Notes: a model not told the origin generated them from the sequence alone. DNA of 64,000 nucleotides from Azolla caroliniana (GCA_043228905.1 JBHGNT010000014.1:2728001-2792000); one strand, 5' to 3'. Positions 35,206 to 49,550 are shown, counted from the first letter of the stretch. Made by a program: numbers and translations.

Positions 35206-38200
35206 GGGATGGCTTTTTCTGTAGTAGTGCTAATGGTGGTTTACCTGGTTCTTCGTTTTTAATTTGCCATCTCATTTTGTATAGATGACGAAGAAAGGAT
35301 AGATGATTTAGCCGAACAGAGAGGCTGGGAAAGGTCGAGGAAAGAAAGGCTAACCACAATCCATGTTTCTGCGCCAAATTCTTCTTCTTCTTCTTCTCGG
35401 AACAAGAGGAGGCGGCAAGCTTTACCACAAGAATCACATTCTTCCTGCCGCCTCATGGCAGCAGAAGAAGAGGAGGAAGAGGAGGAGGAGGAGGAGGAAG
35501 AAGAAGAAGCAGAAGCTGAACCTGAAGAGGCAGAAGACATAGAAATGGTAGCTTCTGATGATGATGATGACGATGATGATGATGAACCTCCACCCCCACC
35601 CCCGCCGATACTCAGAAGGCCAGTTAGGCCTAGAACTCATCCAAAGGTATTTTACCGTATTCTAATAAGATTGATCTAATGGCTTAAGTATAAGGATTAT
35701 GTATGTATGGGTCTTTATTAAAGTAGTATATTGGGTCTTTTTATATGTATATATATTATACTTAACCCATCTGTACTTTTCCAATTAAGCAGGAAGATGA
35801 AATTGTGATGGATATTCCTGCTGTTCCTCGCAAAGCACGGTCCTCCATGTCATCAAGCTCAAGATTTTCATGTAAGGGGATGATGAAATCTGCTAGATTT
35901 TTTGATGAGGATGGCAAGCTATTAGTGAGGCTTTTGATGAAAAAAGCAAGATTTCTCCATGAGACTAGTAAATGACAAGGATTCCAAAACAATAAGGCAT
36001 TTTTGATAATCATGGAGATTGATAAACATGGACTTACTGACGTTTTCTGATTATTTATCTCTACAGCTGTATCAAGAAGGCAGCAGGAATCTGTTGTAAT
36101 CGAAGTCACGCGGAGTAAATCACCAGGGCCCACGCAGGCATTCTTAAACGGGAGCTCCTCCCCGTCTTTCCTTCATAAAGTTGGGAAAAGACTGGTAAAA
36201 AAACTCAGGAATTAAGTGCCACTTTTCGGCAATCATGTTTAAGTGGTTGCTTTTATATAATCTTCATATATGGTCATGGCACACTTTTTGTATCGCTGAA
36301 TTTATCCTGTGGTTTTTTGATCCTTGCAGAGGCCTGTGACGCCAAAGTTCCGTGCAGCGAAGCTTCCGAAGGTATAATAAAATGACACTTATTCCTACAA
36401 GTTGCTATTTGATTTCACCGAAAGAGAACACAAAAGTCCCAAAATATTTCATGATTTAATGATACATGGTTTTAAGAGTTGCTATTGGGCTCAAGTGTCC
36501 CAAAACAGTTCCATGCTTTTCTGGTCTATGGTCTTAAGAGTTGCTACCAGGTTCACTGAAAGAAAAACCAAGAATTTAATAAATTTCATGCATTTATGAT
36601 ACATTGTTTGACAGTATATATATGTATGTATGTATGTATGGGAAAATCATTAATATACCACTATCTATATGTTATTGTAGATATAATGGGAAAATTACCC
36701 ATATACCAATACCTATCTATTTGTACTTGATGAAATAAATATGAATACATGATGTATCTATAATCATCAAAATTACCAAAACCAACCCATCATCTTAAAG
36801 TTACCAACAAGAAGAACCAAGGATTTTCAAAACTTTCATTCTTTTCTTATACCTAGGTGTCTGAGTCATCGACCATATCCGACCAAGAGGCAGAGGTTGC
36901 CGAAGCACTTTTTGTGCTTGCTAGGAGCACACCTTCACACACAGGTATAATAGAGCCAAAGCTGGAGGCTAAACACGAGGAGGAAGAAAAATCAGTTTCT
37001 CCTGCTGAGGTTACTCCAACATCTACTGCCATAGCACACAATTCCTCCTCTGGATTAGGCAATGCCTCCAATGGCCATGCCAGAGATTCAGCTAAACCGA
37101 CTGCAGAAGGTATGGGTTCTTCCTAGTGTTATGAACTCTGAAATACCTGTGGTTAGCTTTATTTCCACAAATGCCCATTCCCTGTGCGCCCTCAGTTAAC
37201 TCCCACTTGACCAGTTTAGATGTGATCTTTTAGTATTTATATGGTCAATTCATCAAATTCGTCTCAATTTTATGTTCTATTTTTCAGGCTAGTATGTAGT
37301 TAATTTATCCCCCTTTTCTTTTTGGGGTTAATCAGGGGAATTTGGGGAGATAATGAAAACTTAGGGACATAAATATAGAAAACCATTGGTTTATTTTGTT
37401 TTTATTTCTATAGTTAAATGATCTATTCTATTATTAAGGGGTTCTATGCCATCTCTAAATGGTTGTTTAATATGGGTATAGCTCCAAGAAGAAAACGACC
37501 TCGGGTGGTGATGAAGCAAGAAGAAGGAAAGCTTTCAACTCCTGCACGATCATCTGTTCCAACCACTGTGAGCCCATCAATTGGCAAAACTAAGCAAGAA
37601 CCTTCGGTGGAGAGATCACAGATTGTTTCCACAGATGCTGCAAGCGTTTCATCTGACTTGCCAAAAGGCAAGGATAGCATGCATTCGATGCGATCTCATT
37701 TGCCCAATAATGAAGATATAAGATCAGAGCACGAAGGCATGGACCAAAATGAGCCTAAAGTAACTCCAAGAGAAGTTGCTGAAAGTAATGTAGAGACAGG
37801 TGATCAACAATCTGTTTGTTCTGACACAATCAAAATCTTATCAAATGTCAAGCAAACTGAGACTGCAGAGATTAACCCTCTTATTAAGCCAGATCTTTCC
37901 AATAGGTATGTGACCTCCACTTCTATCAGCCTGAAAAGAGGAGTTTGTTTTTCCTATAGCGGTTTTTTACATTGCTCTGGTCGTGTGTACAGGCCTGCTG
38001 ATACCATTCCTGATAACACTGTGGAAGTTTTGAAACCAAAGATTGATTTAATGGTGAGAATACATTGCACTATTTTTTACTGTAAGTCAATTTTGTTGCA
38101 TGTTCAGCTGTTTTACCTTTTCATGCTCTGAATCAAAACAGAAGATTTCAGTAGATGATGATGATACACGTGGTGCACCTATGGTAAAGCTATCATCCAA

Positions 38201-41200
38201 CAATGAAACTCGAGTAAGTTTAGATCATATTGTGTTTTAGATACTAATATTCTTTGGCATTTTTACACAGGAAATGAACTTTTTTGCTGTTTATGATAAT
38301 AATTGCAGATTCATTCGATGAATCAGAATATAGAGACAGCTATTCGTAGCAGGGAGGCGCCTCCCAAAGAAATTGTAAAAGATACAGATAACACTCTTGT
38401 ATCTCGTAAAGAACGGTGTGACGAAAGGAATCATTTGGAATCAACAGTTCAAACATGTGACCGTCAAGAAACTGACATACGAGCTACCCAAGTTATGAAA
38501 GGGATAAAAGAAGAGAACACATTGTCTTCTAGAGCAAATCTCAAGTATCCCAAAGATGATACAGGTAGATTATTGCATCTCCCAAGCCTTTTGAACCTTG
38601 TAAACATATGTTGTAAGGATATTGCAAGTCTTAGACCTTATGTTTATTATAGATGCTTTTGAGATCTAGCATATGGATGATGACACCCTTATATATTGAT
38701 GGAAGTTTTTGAGATCTAAACACATGGCATGACAATATTGTAGACTTTAGACGCGTCAATATGTATGCTTATTAGTGTTATGAGCTTTGTCACTAAGTAA
38801 AGATGTATTTGTCTGGTATAAGTTTGTGGATTCATAGGAAAATGTTTCAATTTCTAATTCAGATAATGCTGTATCCTCATCGTTTGCATCATCGGCTCCA
38901 TCAGCAGCTCCATCAGCTACCATCAGCAGCAATGCTGCAACACTCGGCTGGATAGGTGGCATGCCTCAAATGGGGTATGCTTTCATTCTTTGATCGTCAA
39001 AGTTTAGTTTACGCATGGTGATATATAGAGTACATGTAATCCATACCTCTATCTATATTGACTTCATTATATTGTAGATATTATGGGCCAGGAGCTACCG
39101 CTTGGGCTGCAGGCTCTCCTATACCAATTCCAAATGAAGCTGTGAAGACATCACATCCGACACATCCAAATCATCCTACAATGCAGGTAGACAAAGTCAT
39201 TACATGTTTCAAATTTCATGTCGTGTTAATTCTGTTAGATATATTGCAGTATCTCCTGATTTTCATGTGTTTGGGGAGTAGAAATGCTGTCTTTATGTGT
39301 GTGTTTTCAATTTGATATCTGATATGCCTGAAAAATTGAGGGGATATTCAAACCTTTTCTTCCTTTTTGGGTGTATTGTAGCTACCCCATACTGGAATCC
39401 TTCCGCCAATTCCAAGGATGAAGCGATGTGCTACTCATGTTTATGTTGCACGTTTCATCTACCATGCACAACAAGTCTCTCGACATTCTATGTGGTCAGC
39501 AGCTCTCTGCAGAGCCCCATACAATCTCAACATTCCACCTGTAAATGCCCATGATAATGAAAAACTAGGACCATATGTCGATGTTGGCCGATCAACTCAA
39601 CAGGTGCATTTTCTTCTACTCTCTAACTTCATTATTGTTTTTCATCAAGAAGTTGTTTTAATTGAAAAAAGAAATATAGAGTTACATAAATTGCATTTCA
39701 CAGTTTATAGACAATGCTGTGCTGCAGACATAGAACTAATGTCTGGTAGAAAACGCATTTTTCATAAAGATACTACATTGAACATACTGGTGTTGGATCA
39801 TGGATGGGTCTAATTGTGTCACATGCGATGTAGATTCCTAACTTCATACTTTTTGCAGTCTGCACCTACATATGGATATGCAATTTCACAATCTAGTACA
39901 ACCCCAGGAATGTCAGGAAGCAATGGCACAGGTGCAACATCAGCTGTTTCTGCATCTGTTCATTCCACTGGGAACATTGATAATGGGAATAGCTCAAGTG
40001 CTGGCAACGTGATGGCTGCACATGCTCACCAGTATCTTCAGGCTATGATGCATCAAAATGGCTTTGCATCTTTTCCTTTCCCTTTCACTGGGCCACCTGG
40101 TCAGGTAAAAGATTTGTTACTGATGACCTCGGTCACATTTTCTCGCATCTCGATGGTTGGATAATAAATCTTAACAGATTTGTAATATATACTTACATGC
40201 ATACTAAATATCACATTTTAAGCATTGTTTGCATATATGTATGATATATATAACTTTGCACGATTTTGTAGGCCGCCCAGTTCTTCAATGGTCCTTTTTT
40301 TCCTCCACATATGATGCCATCTCTTCCGCAAATCCAAGCGGCAAGTGGGCTTAAGCAACAGCAGGGGATGGGCACATTACAACCACAATCTACATCGACG
40401 CAACAGCAACAACAACAACTGCAGCTTCAACTTGCTCCTCAGTCACCTTCACAATTTCCACAGCAACATGGCCATGTGGGCACTCCTCCACATTTGGGAG
40501 AGAGAGAGAGCACTATGAGTGTTGAAGCTCACTCAACTGCAGACAGCAGGTTATCTGCGATGCAAAGGGGCATATCTGATCCAGGCCCTAATAACCTACC
40601 TAATCTTAATATGAGTCCTGCGACTGCATCAAATATGCCTACCATGCATTCTCATGAACAGGATGTATCGTTGATGGCAAGTTCAGGTGTTATAAAGCAG
40701 AATAGCAAGCCTCAGCAGCAGGTTCAATTTCATAGCCAAGGTCAGGGATTGTCTATGCAGCAGCAACACTATATGCAGACAAATGCTGGATCAGGATCTG
40801 GGCTTCAGATTAATCAACCTTCTCAAGGTTATCCTGCCATTACCATCTCTGGTGCAAGTAGAGGAACAAATGGAACGTTAGGACATGTGCCTGTAGCTCC
40901 TATGACGACTTCACATGGATTAATGCCAGGAACTGTGGAAACCCCGAGGATTCATGCCCAGCAACAACAAAGTTATGGAAATCACAACACCCAATACCAA
41001 AGGACCAACTTGAAAGGCCCCACTACCAATGAGGATGCTTACATGGTGAAAGGAAGAGAACAGAATGATGATAAAAAAGTATCTGGGAAACAACATGGAA
41101 GTCTTTCACATATTTCAAGAGTAGAAATGGAGGTTTCTTCTCCTGCTATGCAAGGGTCGCCAACTGGCTCAACAAGTCGAATGAATAGCAGTAACGTAGG

Positions 41201-43151
41201 GCGACCTCCAACCTCAGCAATGCTTCAAGATACTCGGAATGCGAAGTCAACATCCTCTGTTGGGATGGGTGGACAACAAGCACCTCTCTTGCAGAGTCAG
41301 CAATCAAAGCAACCTACACCTCGAACAAAGGCTTCTTCACCAACCAACTTGGGTCCACCAACAATGCCTTCTACTCAGAATCTAACTACTGGATATATGG
41401 ATAAGGCTGTACATGGAAACCTTGGGAAGTTTGCGGGTGGTACAGTACTCCCATTTTCTTCTCCACAAATAGTACCGTCATCGAGCCAACAAGCTTCAAA
41501 GCAGAGCCATGGGGGTACGATGAAAAATGGCCAAAGGCTAGCTCCAACCCAACAGGCATCTCCAGCTTCCTCCACAGTTAAAAGCCAAGGGGGGCAGCAG
41601 CAGGTTCGTGCTAATCAGCCTCAAGGCCTGCTTTCCACGCCACTGAAAATGATGCCTTCAGCAGTTTCAGGACCTGCAATGCCATCTGGAACTCTACCCA
41701 TGGGCACTCCGCATTTAGTGTCTATTTCTAAATCTAATGTAGTGTCAGCGTCGAAAAGCCCATCAAATGGGAAAGGGATGAGTTCTGTGGCTAAATCAGC
41801 AGCCAATGCAAAGAAATTATCTGCAAGTGGAGCTTCCGCAGCTTCTGTAGTTGGTTCTTCTGGGCAAAGTATACCTTCGAAAGCCATGCCTACAACCTCA
41901 ACACCCCAGCAGAAGAATCAAGCTGGTCTGAATATGCCTCAGTTTTCACAACAGCAGAATCTTAGTCCATCTCAGCAGCCAAGAATGGCAAGCAAAAGTC
42001 AAGTGTATGTTCAACCACAGTCACAAGAAGGTCAGCAGTACAAACAAACATTACAGCAGCAATCGGCATATAGGCCACCACATTTTGTCCAGCAGCAGCA
42101 TCAACAACAGTATATGCAATCATCGGTATCATCATCACAGCAACAGTCCCAACAGCACCGACAACAGTATATGCAACCATCACCATCACAGCAACAGTCT
42201 CAACAGCATCAACAGTATATGCAATCATCAGCTAATTCACCGTCACAGATACAGTCTCAACAGTATGTGCAATCAGCAGCTAATTCACCTTCACAGCAAC
42301 AATCTCAACAGCAGCATCAACAGTATATGCAATCATCTGCTAATTCACCATCACAGCAACCACCTCAGCAGCTTCAACATCAATATCATTATCAGCCACA
42401 TTCATCAGCAAATTTATCTAATCAACATGGCCAATCACCACAGTTACGGCAGGATTCTCATATTTTACATCTTCAGCACCAAAGTCAACCTTCGTCATCA
42501 TCACAACCTAGGGGAGGGAATAGTGGGTTGTCTCTTAATACCTCAAATTCAACAATAGGATCAACGAGTACGGCAAATGTGAACAATGACATGACCTTGG
42601 ATGGCGGTGATCAATTCAAAGGGTCTAATTTGAGAGCAAATCCATCAAAAGCTGTATATGGTTCTGTAGGTCAAATTCCTATTACGACTAGTTTGCCTGA
42701 AATAATGACAACAGCACATTCTGCAGTTTCAGGACAAGTTAGCCCACATACTAGCTCCTCACAGTATTTACAACCAGCTACTATAAAGTCGGTGGAGCAG
42801 CAGCAACTTTCTGGTAAGTGATGTTTATCTCCCTTTTTGATTGATCTTGTGGATTTATTGGGGGTGTTAACATTAAAATTGAAGATCCAAGCATAAAGCT
42901 CATATATATCAGGAGTTTGTTTGCTGAAGCTTTTTGTTATTATTATCAATATTTAAAATCCAAGCTTAATGCTGAACTGTGGTATGAAGCCCATATGTTA
43001 GAAGCTTTTCAGTCAATGTTGTGCTTAATACTTGTGACATTTTTTTGGTACAAATCTTGACATCCTATTCGTTACATTTTTCCCAGATGCTAACAGAGAG
43101 GAAATAAGCTGCACTCCCCAAGTGGCTGTTGCATCAAACCCTTTATCTTGA
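34501..43151 (+). CDS. TIC: TIME FOR COFFEE-like nuclear clock regulator, 16 coding exons, ~1704 aa
   Basis: TIC-family motifs: MERNRESRR, VPRKARS, EAEVAEALFVLAR, APRRKRPR, KIDLM, WIGGMPQMG, PRMKRCATHVYVARFI, QYLQAMMHQNGF, Q-rich C-terminus. GT-AG, phase-consistent exon model: 34501-34642, 35285-35646, 35793-35871, 36067-36194, 36330-36371, 36857-37109, 37482-37905, 37993-38053, 38142-38213, 38309-38564, 38863-38974, 39078-39186, 39382-39603, 39859-40104, 40272-42813, 43087-43151 (sum 5115 nt, ending in TGA). Confidence 0.88.
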
Positions 43152-44499
43152 TTCAAACTGGGGTTATATATGGAGATAACTCATTGACTTAACATGAGAA
43201 GTGTTGCGAGAACTGTTGTCTGCAGTGCGGTTCATCTTGGATCTGTGCAATACAGGGGAGAGGTTGAGAATTGTGGAGGATGGAATTTGGACCTCAACTA
43301 TTAACGAGGAATGATTTCTATTTCTTCCATTTCCATCCACAAAAAAGAAACAGAAAGGGGCAGATCTAAAGCCCTCCTTTGTATAAGACCTTACCTAGCG
43401 AGGAGGAATAGTTGCCCTCGCCACCTCGCGAAATCGTTCTCTATGGAACCTTGCATGCAACATGGAGTATTATTATTAATAATAATAATATCTTGTGGCA
43501 CTTAAATGTACTCAAAGAATTCTCTTACCAATGGCTTCGGTTGATACACTCAATAGTGTAATTATGTCAGTGTGTAGAATTTAGAATTTTCAGAGTACAT
43601 TACTCATGTAGATTCCCCTCGATTCCTTTGTATAGGTTTTTACTCTCCACTAGTTTATGGTATTAACCTAAGAAATACCATAACAGTGAAGGCACATAGT
43701 CCTCATGAGGATTTAAGGGACTTTGATTGTCTTGGAGTTTATTGTAAATCTGACTGATCAATGGGTTTTGCGCATACAGATGTGTCGAGATTAAGGTTGC
43801 CAAAGCATTTCCTTCACCTATCTTTGTTTATGGAGCAGCCAAATGTTACATTATTTCCTGTGAGTACATCTGAAATTTAGGTCAGTATAGTGCTACCTGC
43901 CATTTATGTTAGATTTATTGATTGGATCACCGAAATTTCACGATTTGTGTTTAGTATCACGTGCTTTTGTGCACCTCGACCCAACTCACTTTTGTCTTGG
44001 AAAATCTCACATAATTTGTATGTGGGGTCCCCAAAAATCTTATATAATTTGTATGCTTCTTTCTCTGAACATGCTGTTCCTCATCTTACAGTAAAAGGAT
44101 GGTGTCTTTTGTGTAGAATAAAAACATGAACTTGGGGCACTACAATTTGGTGGTATTGTAATTGTACATTTAAAATTTAATGCTGGCCTTTATAGTAATT
44201 AAAATATGGAAAATCGTTATTTTTCAACAATCCTCTAGAGCTTGGTATAAATTTTAAGTAATAATATGCGTCTTTAAAATAATGTAATCAATATATTTTG
44301 AGACATGTTTGATCCTATCCTGAGATAGAACTGATTATATTTTTAACTATCCTTGATTCTATTTCGTCTTTCAAGGAGTTGGATCCATATTCATTGTGCT
44401 TAAAAGAACTTGAATTTAATTTGGGGACTAATTCTTGTGAGTTGAAAGGAGAGGAAGATGCAATTGTTATAGACCTAAGTTTATGATCGCTTGAATTTT

Positions 44500-45100
44500 G
44501 AAAGAGAATCACCAAGCTGAGAGAAAGCAAGTGTGTTGGCTTTAATTTCCTATGAGGTTGTACCTCAGTTGGTAAAGTTATCTGGTTGAAAGGTTATCCA
44601 ATTGAAAGCTTCATGTTAACCTTATCTTTCCAACCATATCATGTTCTAGATATGGTTGGAAATAGCAAAGCTTGGATATGTCACTTCTGAGCTTTAGAAT
44701 ATGATGTGTAGGTGAGTGTCATACTCGTGTGTATTTGAGATACTTTAAGACTCTTTTTAATTGCTTCATTGTGGTTAACTCTTGGATTCTCCCTGAACCT
44801 TGATAGAAATATAGTTGCAAGCATAAATCACGCCGATGCAACAGACAAGGTACGATGGTCACCCCAACACTGGTTGATATGAGATATTCTTCATAAAGCA
44901 AGTTTCTTCATTTGTATGTAGTGAATCATGGGATGATAATATGCATAGTACTATAAAGGGAGTGGAGATTTGAGAATACTCAATCATATCAAACTTGGCC
45001 AGTACATTGTCAACAAAAACATTGTGTGAAAGAGAGTGTTCTTAAAGTTTGATTGCTTTTCACATGAATCCCAAGAAAATGTTCTAGTGGCCTGAGATGC
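44500..45100. mobile_element. Very decayed copia-like fragments
   Basis: Minus-strand LKRVLKYLK (copia RT-like) near 44730-44760. Little else is recognisable. Confidence 0.3.
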
Positions 45101-46504
45101 TTAGTTGGAAATTGTTGTAATTATACAATATTTGTTGACTTCCTCTTCAGATGTCCCAACATAGGGAGACCATCCATATAGACTTATAAGAGTAGGAACC
45201 GTGTCTTTATTTTTGTCATATATAGATTAGGTTCCAATTTAAGTTGCTGAAAGTTGGCTTATTGGAGGAAGTTGTGAAGCTTAGCATAGTATTGTCTATG
45301 GGATTGTTTTAGGCTATATAGGGTTTATTGAGTTTGCACACATAATTACGGTGTGTATTGTTTTCCAACATTTTGGCTTGCTCAATATAGATCACTTCTT
45401 CTGAATCACCATGTATGGCATGAAGTTCAAGATATTAATATGATGTAACTACAAGGAGCAATTGAATTGCTGTAATTTTTTAAGTGGGTGAAAATGTTGT
45501 GTGTTGGGGATAAAGGCCTAAGGACCTCTTTTTTTAGTATATTTTTGACCCTTCCATGTAAAAGCTTTCCTAGAGAGCTTTGTAGACATACTGGCCCCAA
45601 TGTGAGGGGTTATAGGCATTTACATTATTTTTATAACCTTTGGTCATTGGCCATGTGTGAACATGCCAAAATGACCACACTTATCAATAAGAATTGGTCC
45701 CAAACCTTCATAATGAGATATTGACTTTTGGAGGCTAAGGTTTCCTCTTCATTTTTCTACACAGTTTTTCTACTTTCTCTCTCCTCGCACAACAACCCAA
45801 TCCCTTGGTGTTTTGGATCTAACCATGCCATCACATAATTTCTCTTTCAAATGTATTAGAGCTAGAGTGTTTCATTGCGAAGAATTTCTATCTTGTTAAG
45901 TGTTTGTGCATAGGGCAACAAGTGATTTTGCCTATTTTTGGTGAATTTGTTTTTGACTGTTGAGTGAAAACATGACACTACCTCCTTTGATCTCAAAAGC
46001 TTGTTTGAGATCAAGAGATTTGAAGGCAGTGGTTTTGATTTATCTACCTTTATAGGTACTCTCTCACAATTGCAAGACTCTAGACTACCTCCCTTTGATA
46101 ACAAGCTTAATGCCATCTTCTTTTTTTATTTTCTTCGAAGATTTTCCTCATTAGTATTAAGAAAAAACATGTGAATGCTACAACTTAAGCTTATGTGTGC
46201 TAAGCTTACAAATTTCATGTACAATGATATACGATAATCCTAAGACCAAAGATAGAACTTTGTAAAAGGTAAAAAATTAAAAATATTGTTGCATTATGTC
46301 ATACTTCACTGTTAATCAAGAAAGGGTCCAAGGAAGTTGATAGTTCCATTGAGGCCTTTGAGTTGACTCAGAGAATAGGGGTAACTTTTTCCATAATAAG
46401 TGAAGGAGCTTTTTTTTTTTCTTGTTCATAGTCTCCGGTGAACCCTGCATGTTGTCATACTAGTCGCGAACTATTGCCACCAAGTTCTCCCATATCTCAC
46501 GCAA

Positions 46505-46603
46505 GTTTAGGTTTCAAAAAATGTTAACGGTTCGGTTCCAAACCGGTTCGGTTTTGACCCTCTCAAACCGAACCGAACCGAACGGAACTGTTGCCAATTG
46601 TTA
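46505..46603. mobile_element. hAT/MITE terminal fragment with AACCG arrays
   Basis: aacggttcggttccaaaccggttcggtt...aaccgaaccgaaccgaac, ending gccaattgtta, which resembles the TIR at 30832-30843. The partner end was not found. Confidence 0.55.
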
Positions 46604-47028
46604 TAGGAAAGGTCATAAGAAGCATGATTGCAAGTACTACAAGCTGAATTAGAACTAAAAAAGAACATAGGTGACAAGAAGAAAATGGACAACAAGAATG
46701 AAACACATAACAACGTGGCTTCTAATGTCATCATTGAGGAGCCATCAGATGTAGAAGATATTCTTTGTGCAAGATATCATGTTGAAGTTAATGATATTTC
46801 TGTTTTTATTCATGCGTAGGATATGTAGATTACAAATAACGATCTAATTGATGTCTTGCTTACTCTAAATGATGTTTTGTCATAAACATGGATTGTGGAT
46901 TCAGTTGCATCATTCAATGTTACTCCTATTAAGGAGTGTTTTACTAACTTTAATGCAGGAAACCATGTAAATGTATATCTTGGAAATAACTATGCTTGTT
47001 CTATTGAATGTATTGGCACAATGCATCT

Positions 47029-47299
47029 CATAGTATGAACCATACGTACCATAAGTGCATTCGCATTCGTGAATGTTTCAATCATTCGTGTAAGAAAAAC
47101 ACCCTCAAAGAATGATAAACACCATACTTTTGGATTAACTATTTATTATGAGGTAAATAAGCCTAAAAAATGGAGAAAAACAAAAAAAAGGGGAAAAAAC
47201 AAAAAGAAAACACAAGAATGTTTGAATAACATTCGCATTCGTTTTCCAATGTAGAAAAACAAATGTTATGCTAGACGAACATGAATTTTACGTACTATG
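47029..47299. mobile_element. 271-bp MITE-like insertion with CATAGTA...TACTATG ends and a 5-bp TSD
   Basis: CATCT at 47024-47028 and 47300-47304. Removing the insert restores the copia protease frame GTMHLTMDAANALVLHDVRY. Confidence 0.8.
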
Positions 47300-48482
47300 C
47301 ATCTTACAATGGATGCTGCTAATGCTCTAGTTTTGCATGATGTAAGGTATGCAACAAGCAACGAGAAAGGCTTATTGTCTCTTGGACAAATGGATATGCA
47401 TGGATATACTACCCTCTTTGGGAAAGGGTCATGAAAGCTTATGAAAGGCTTTAGGCTAATTGTTAAAGGTACAAAGAAAGGGCTCTATATTGCTTGCATG
47501 GTAAAGCTTTGATGTGCAAGTTTATTGCATTGGTTTAAATCCATTCACATATGGAATTATGGCATAAAAGGCTTTGCCACATGAACCAAAAATGCCTTGA
47601 CAAACTATGGGACAAGTTTGATGCTAAAGGCTCAAAACTTGATTATTGTAACGAATGCCAATATGGTAAGCAAGGAAAGAATTCATACTACTCCGGTGTC
47701 TTTCGTAAGCTTAATTTGCTTGATCTGGTTCAATCTGATGTTTGCAACAGGCCCACGAAATCTATGGGGGATACTCCTTATTTTATTTCTTTTGTTGATG
47801 ATTACTTTAGGAAGCTTTGGGTATACTTATTAAAATCTAAGGATGAAGCCTGTGTTGCATTTAAGAAATTTCATGCATTTCTGACCACCCAAATCGGTAG
47901 AAAGCTGAAATGTTTACACATAGATAATGGAGGTGAGTTTACAAGTGTTGAGTTTAATAGATTTTGTAAAATTCTTGGTATTAAGACGGAGCTAACAATC
48001 CTATACAACCCCTCTTCCGATGATGTGGCTAAAAGGTATTCCACCACTAATCTCCCTCATGGATTTAGGGGACAGGCCTTGAAAACTACAATTCATGTTT
48101 GCAATAGATCCGTTGTGATGCTTTTAGGCATATATGGCATGAGTTGAGAAGCAAGTTAAATGCAAAGTCCATGAAGGGAATCTTTATGGGTTATGGAGAT
48201 GATGGTGAAATAGGCTACAGGATTTGGCTACCTCAACTCAAGAAGGTAATACACAATTGAGATGTTGTATTTAATGAGGCAAGTTTGCTAAAAAATGATC
48301 GTGCTTGTAAGTGTGACAATAAAAAAGTCAAATTTCAGCATGTACAACCACAAGTTAAATATGATATGAACTCTCGAGATGCACCACGTTTGGTTGGAAA
48401 AGATAATGAGCTAGTATTTATTGAGCCAAATGATGTTGGACAACAAAATGATGCTCTTGATGGGCATATATAACCACCTATT

Positions 48483-49550
48483 TGTTGAGAACAAGATTGG
48501 CCACAACCGATTATCACTCACAAGTGGAAATGAAAGAACAAGAAAAATGAATGCGCAACAACATAGATACATGAGATGTTTGTGTGGTAAACCTTGAAAG
48601 GGAAAAACCACGGGAGCCCACACACTTTGAACTGTTACACTATGTATGAGAGGATATAAGGAGACTCCCAGGCAACAACCCCGAGCTCGTCTTCATCTAA
48701 CAGATGGTTACAACAGAGTTACTTCTAACTCTCACACTCTCTCTCCAAACACACTCTAGTTATAGAGGCAACTACCAACAACAACTCTTCTTAATACTTA
48801 ACTACTTCATTGATAGCCTCGCCACATTTTGCAAGATGTGGTGGACGATTGGAAAAGGTCCCACACTTATTATGGACTTGCTCATTCACTACAACATTTG
48901 TACAAAGACTAAGTGCATCTCTTTATCACAGATTTCTTGTCCGATGGTTTGGTAAACACTTTTGGATATTTGGACAAATTCCGTGCGCCTTATCCAACAA
49001 TGCCTATTTTCTCCAATGGACGCGATTTTGGGCACTTTGGACCATTTGGATAACCCGCAATAATAAGGGCTTTGATCGAAACCAACGACATGAAGTTAGC
49101 TTCTTTAAGCAATCCCTCAGGCAATCTCTATTTGATTGTCTGCAACTTAGAGACATCACACTGCAAATTTACAATCTTTTAAGCTCTTTAGTGTCTATTC
49201 GACACTTGTATATTTTTCTTCATTATTTGTGGGTTTTCACCTCACTTTGAGGTTTCCCACTAGTAATAAAAGTGTTACTAAAAAAAGAAAATAAAAAAAA
49301 TACTTAACTACTTGCCCTAACTATATTTATACTCATATACATAAATGACTATTTACAAATATTGCCTTAATGGACACATCTAGGCTATTTACAAATATAG
49401 CCCAATCGGATACGATTGATTTAGCTATTAGCCGAGTTGCTTACCGATCGATTGTCGATTAGTCGATTATTCGGCCTCGGCTGAGTTACCTATCGACTCC
49501 AACAGATTCGACTCGTGCTCTTCCCATCCAGAGGGACCTATTTCCCAACA
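48483..49550 (-). mobile_element. Solo LTR
   Basis: Ends TGTTGAGAA...TTCCCAACA with 5-bp TSD CTATT (48478-48482 and 49551-49555). Orientation inferred from the reverse TATA (tatttata near 49324). Confidence 0.88.
48808..49298 (+). mobile_element. 5'-truncated poly(A)-tailed L1 LINE fragment inside the solo LTR
   Basis: ORF RCGGRLEKVPHLLWTC...WALWTIWITRNNKGF (L1 ORF2 C-terminus). AATAAA at ~49265 and an A-rich tail. 15-bp TSD AATACTTAACTACTT (48793-48807 and 49299-49313). Confidence 0.9.

Noticed and set aside
42007-42558. His/Asn-rich 183-aa ORF
   Set aside because: An alternative frame of the CAA/CAG-rich TIC exon.
40311-42821. 836-aa Q-rich ORF as a standalone gene
   Set aside because: It is the large penultimate exon of TIC: an in-frame acceptor lies at 40271 and a donor at 42814.
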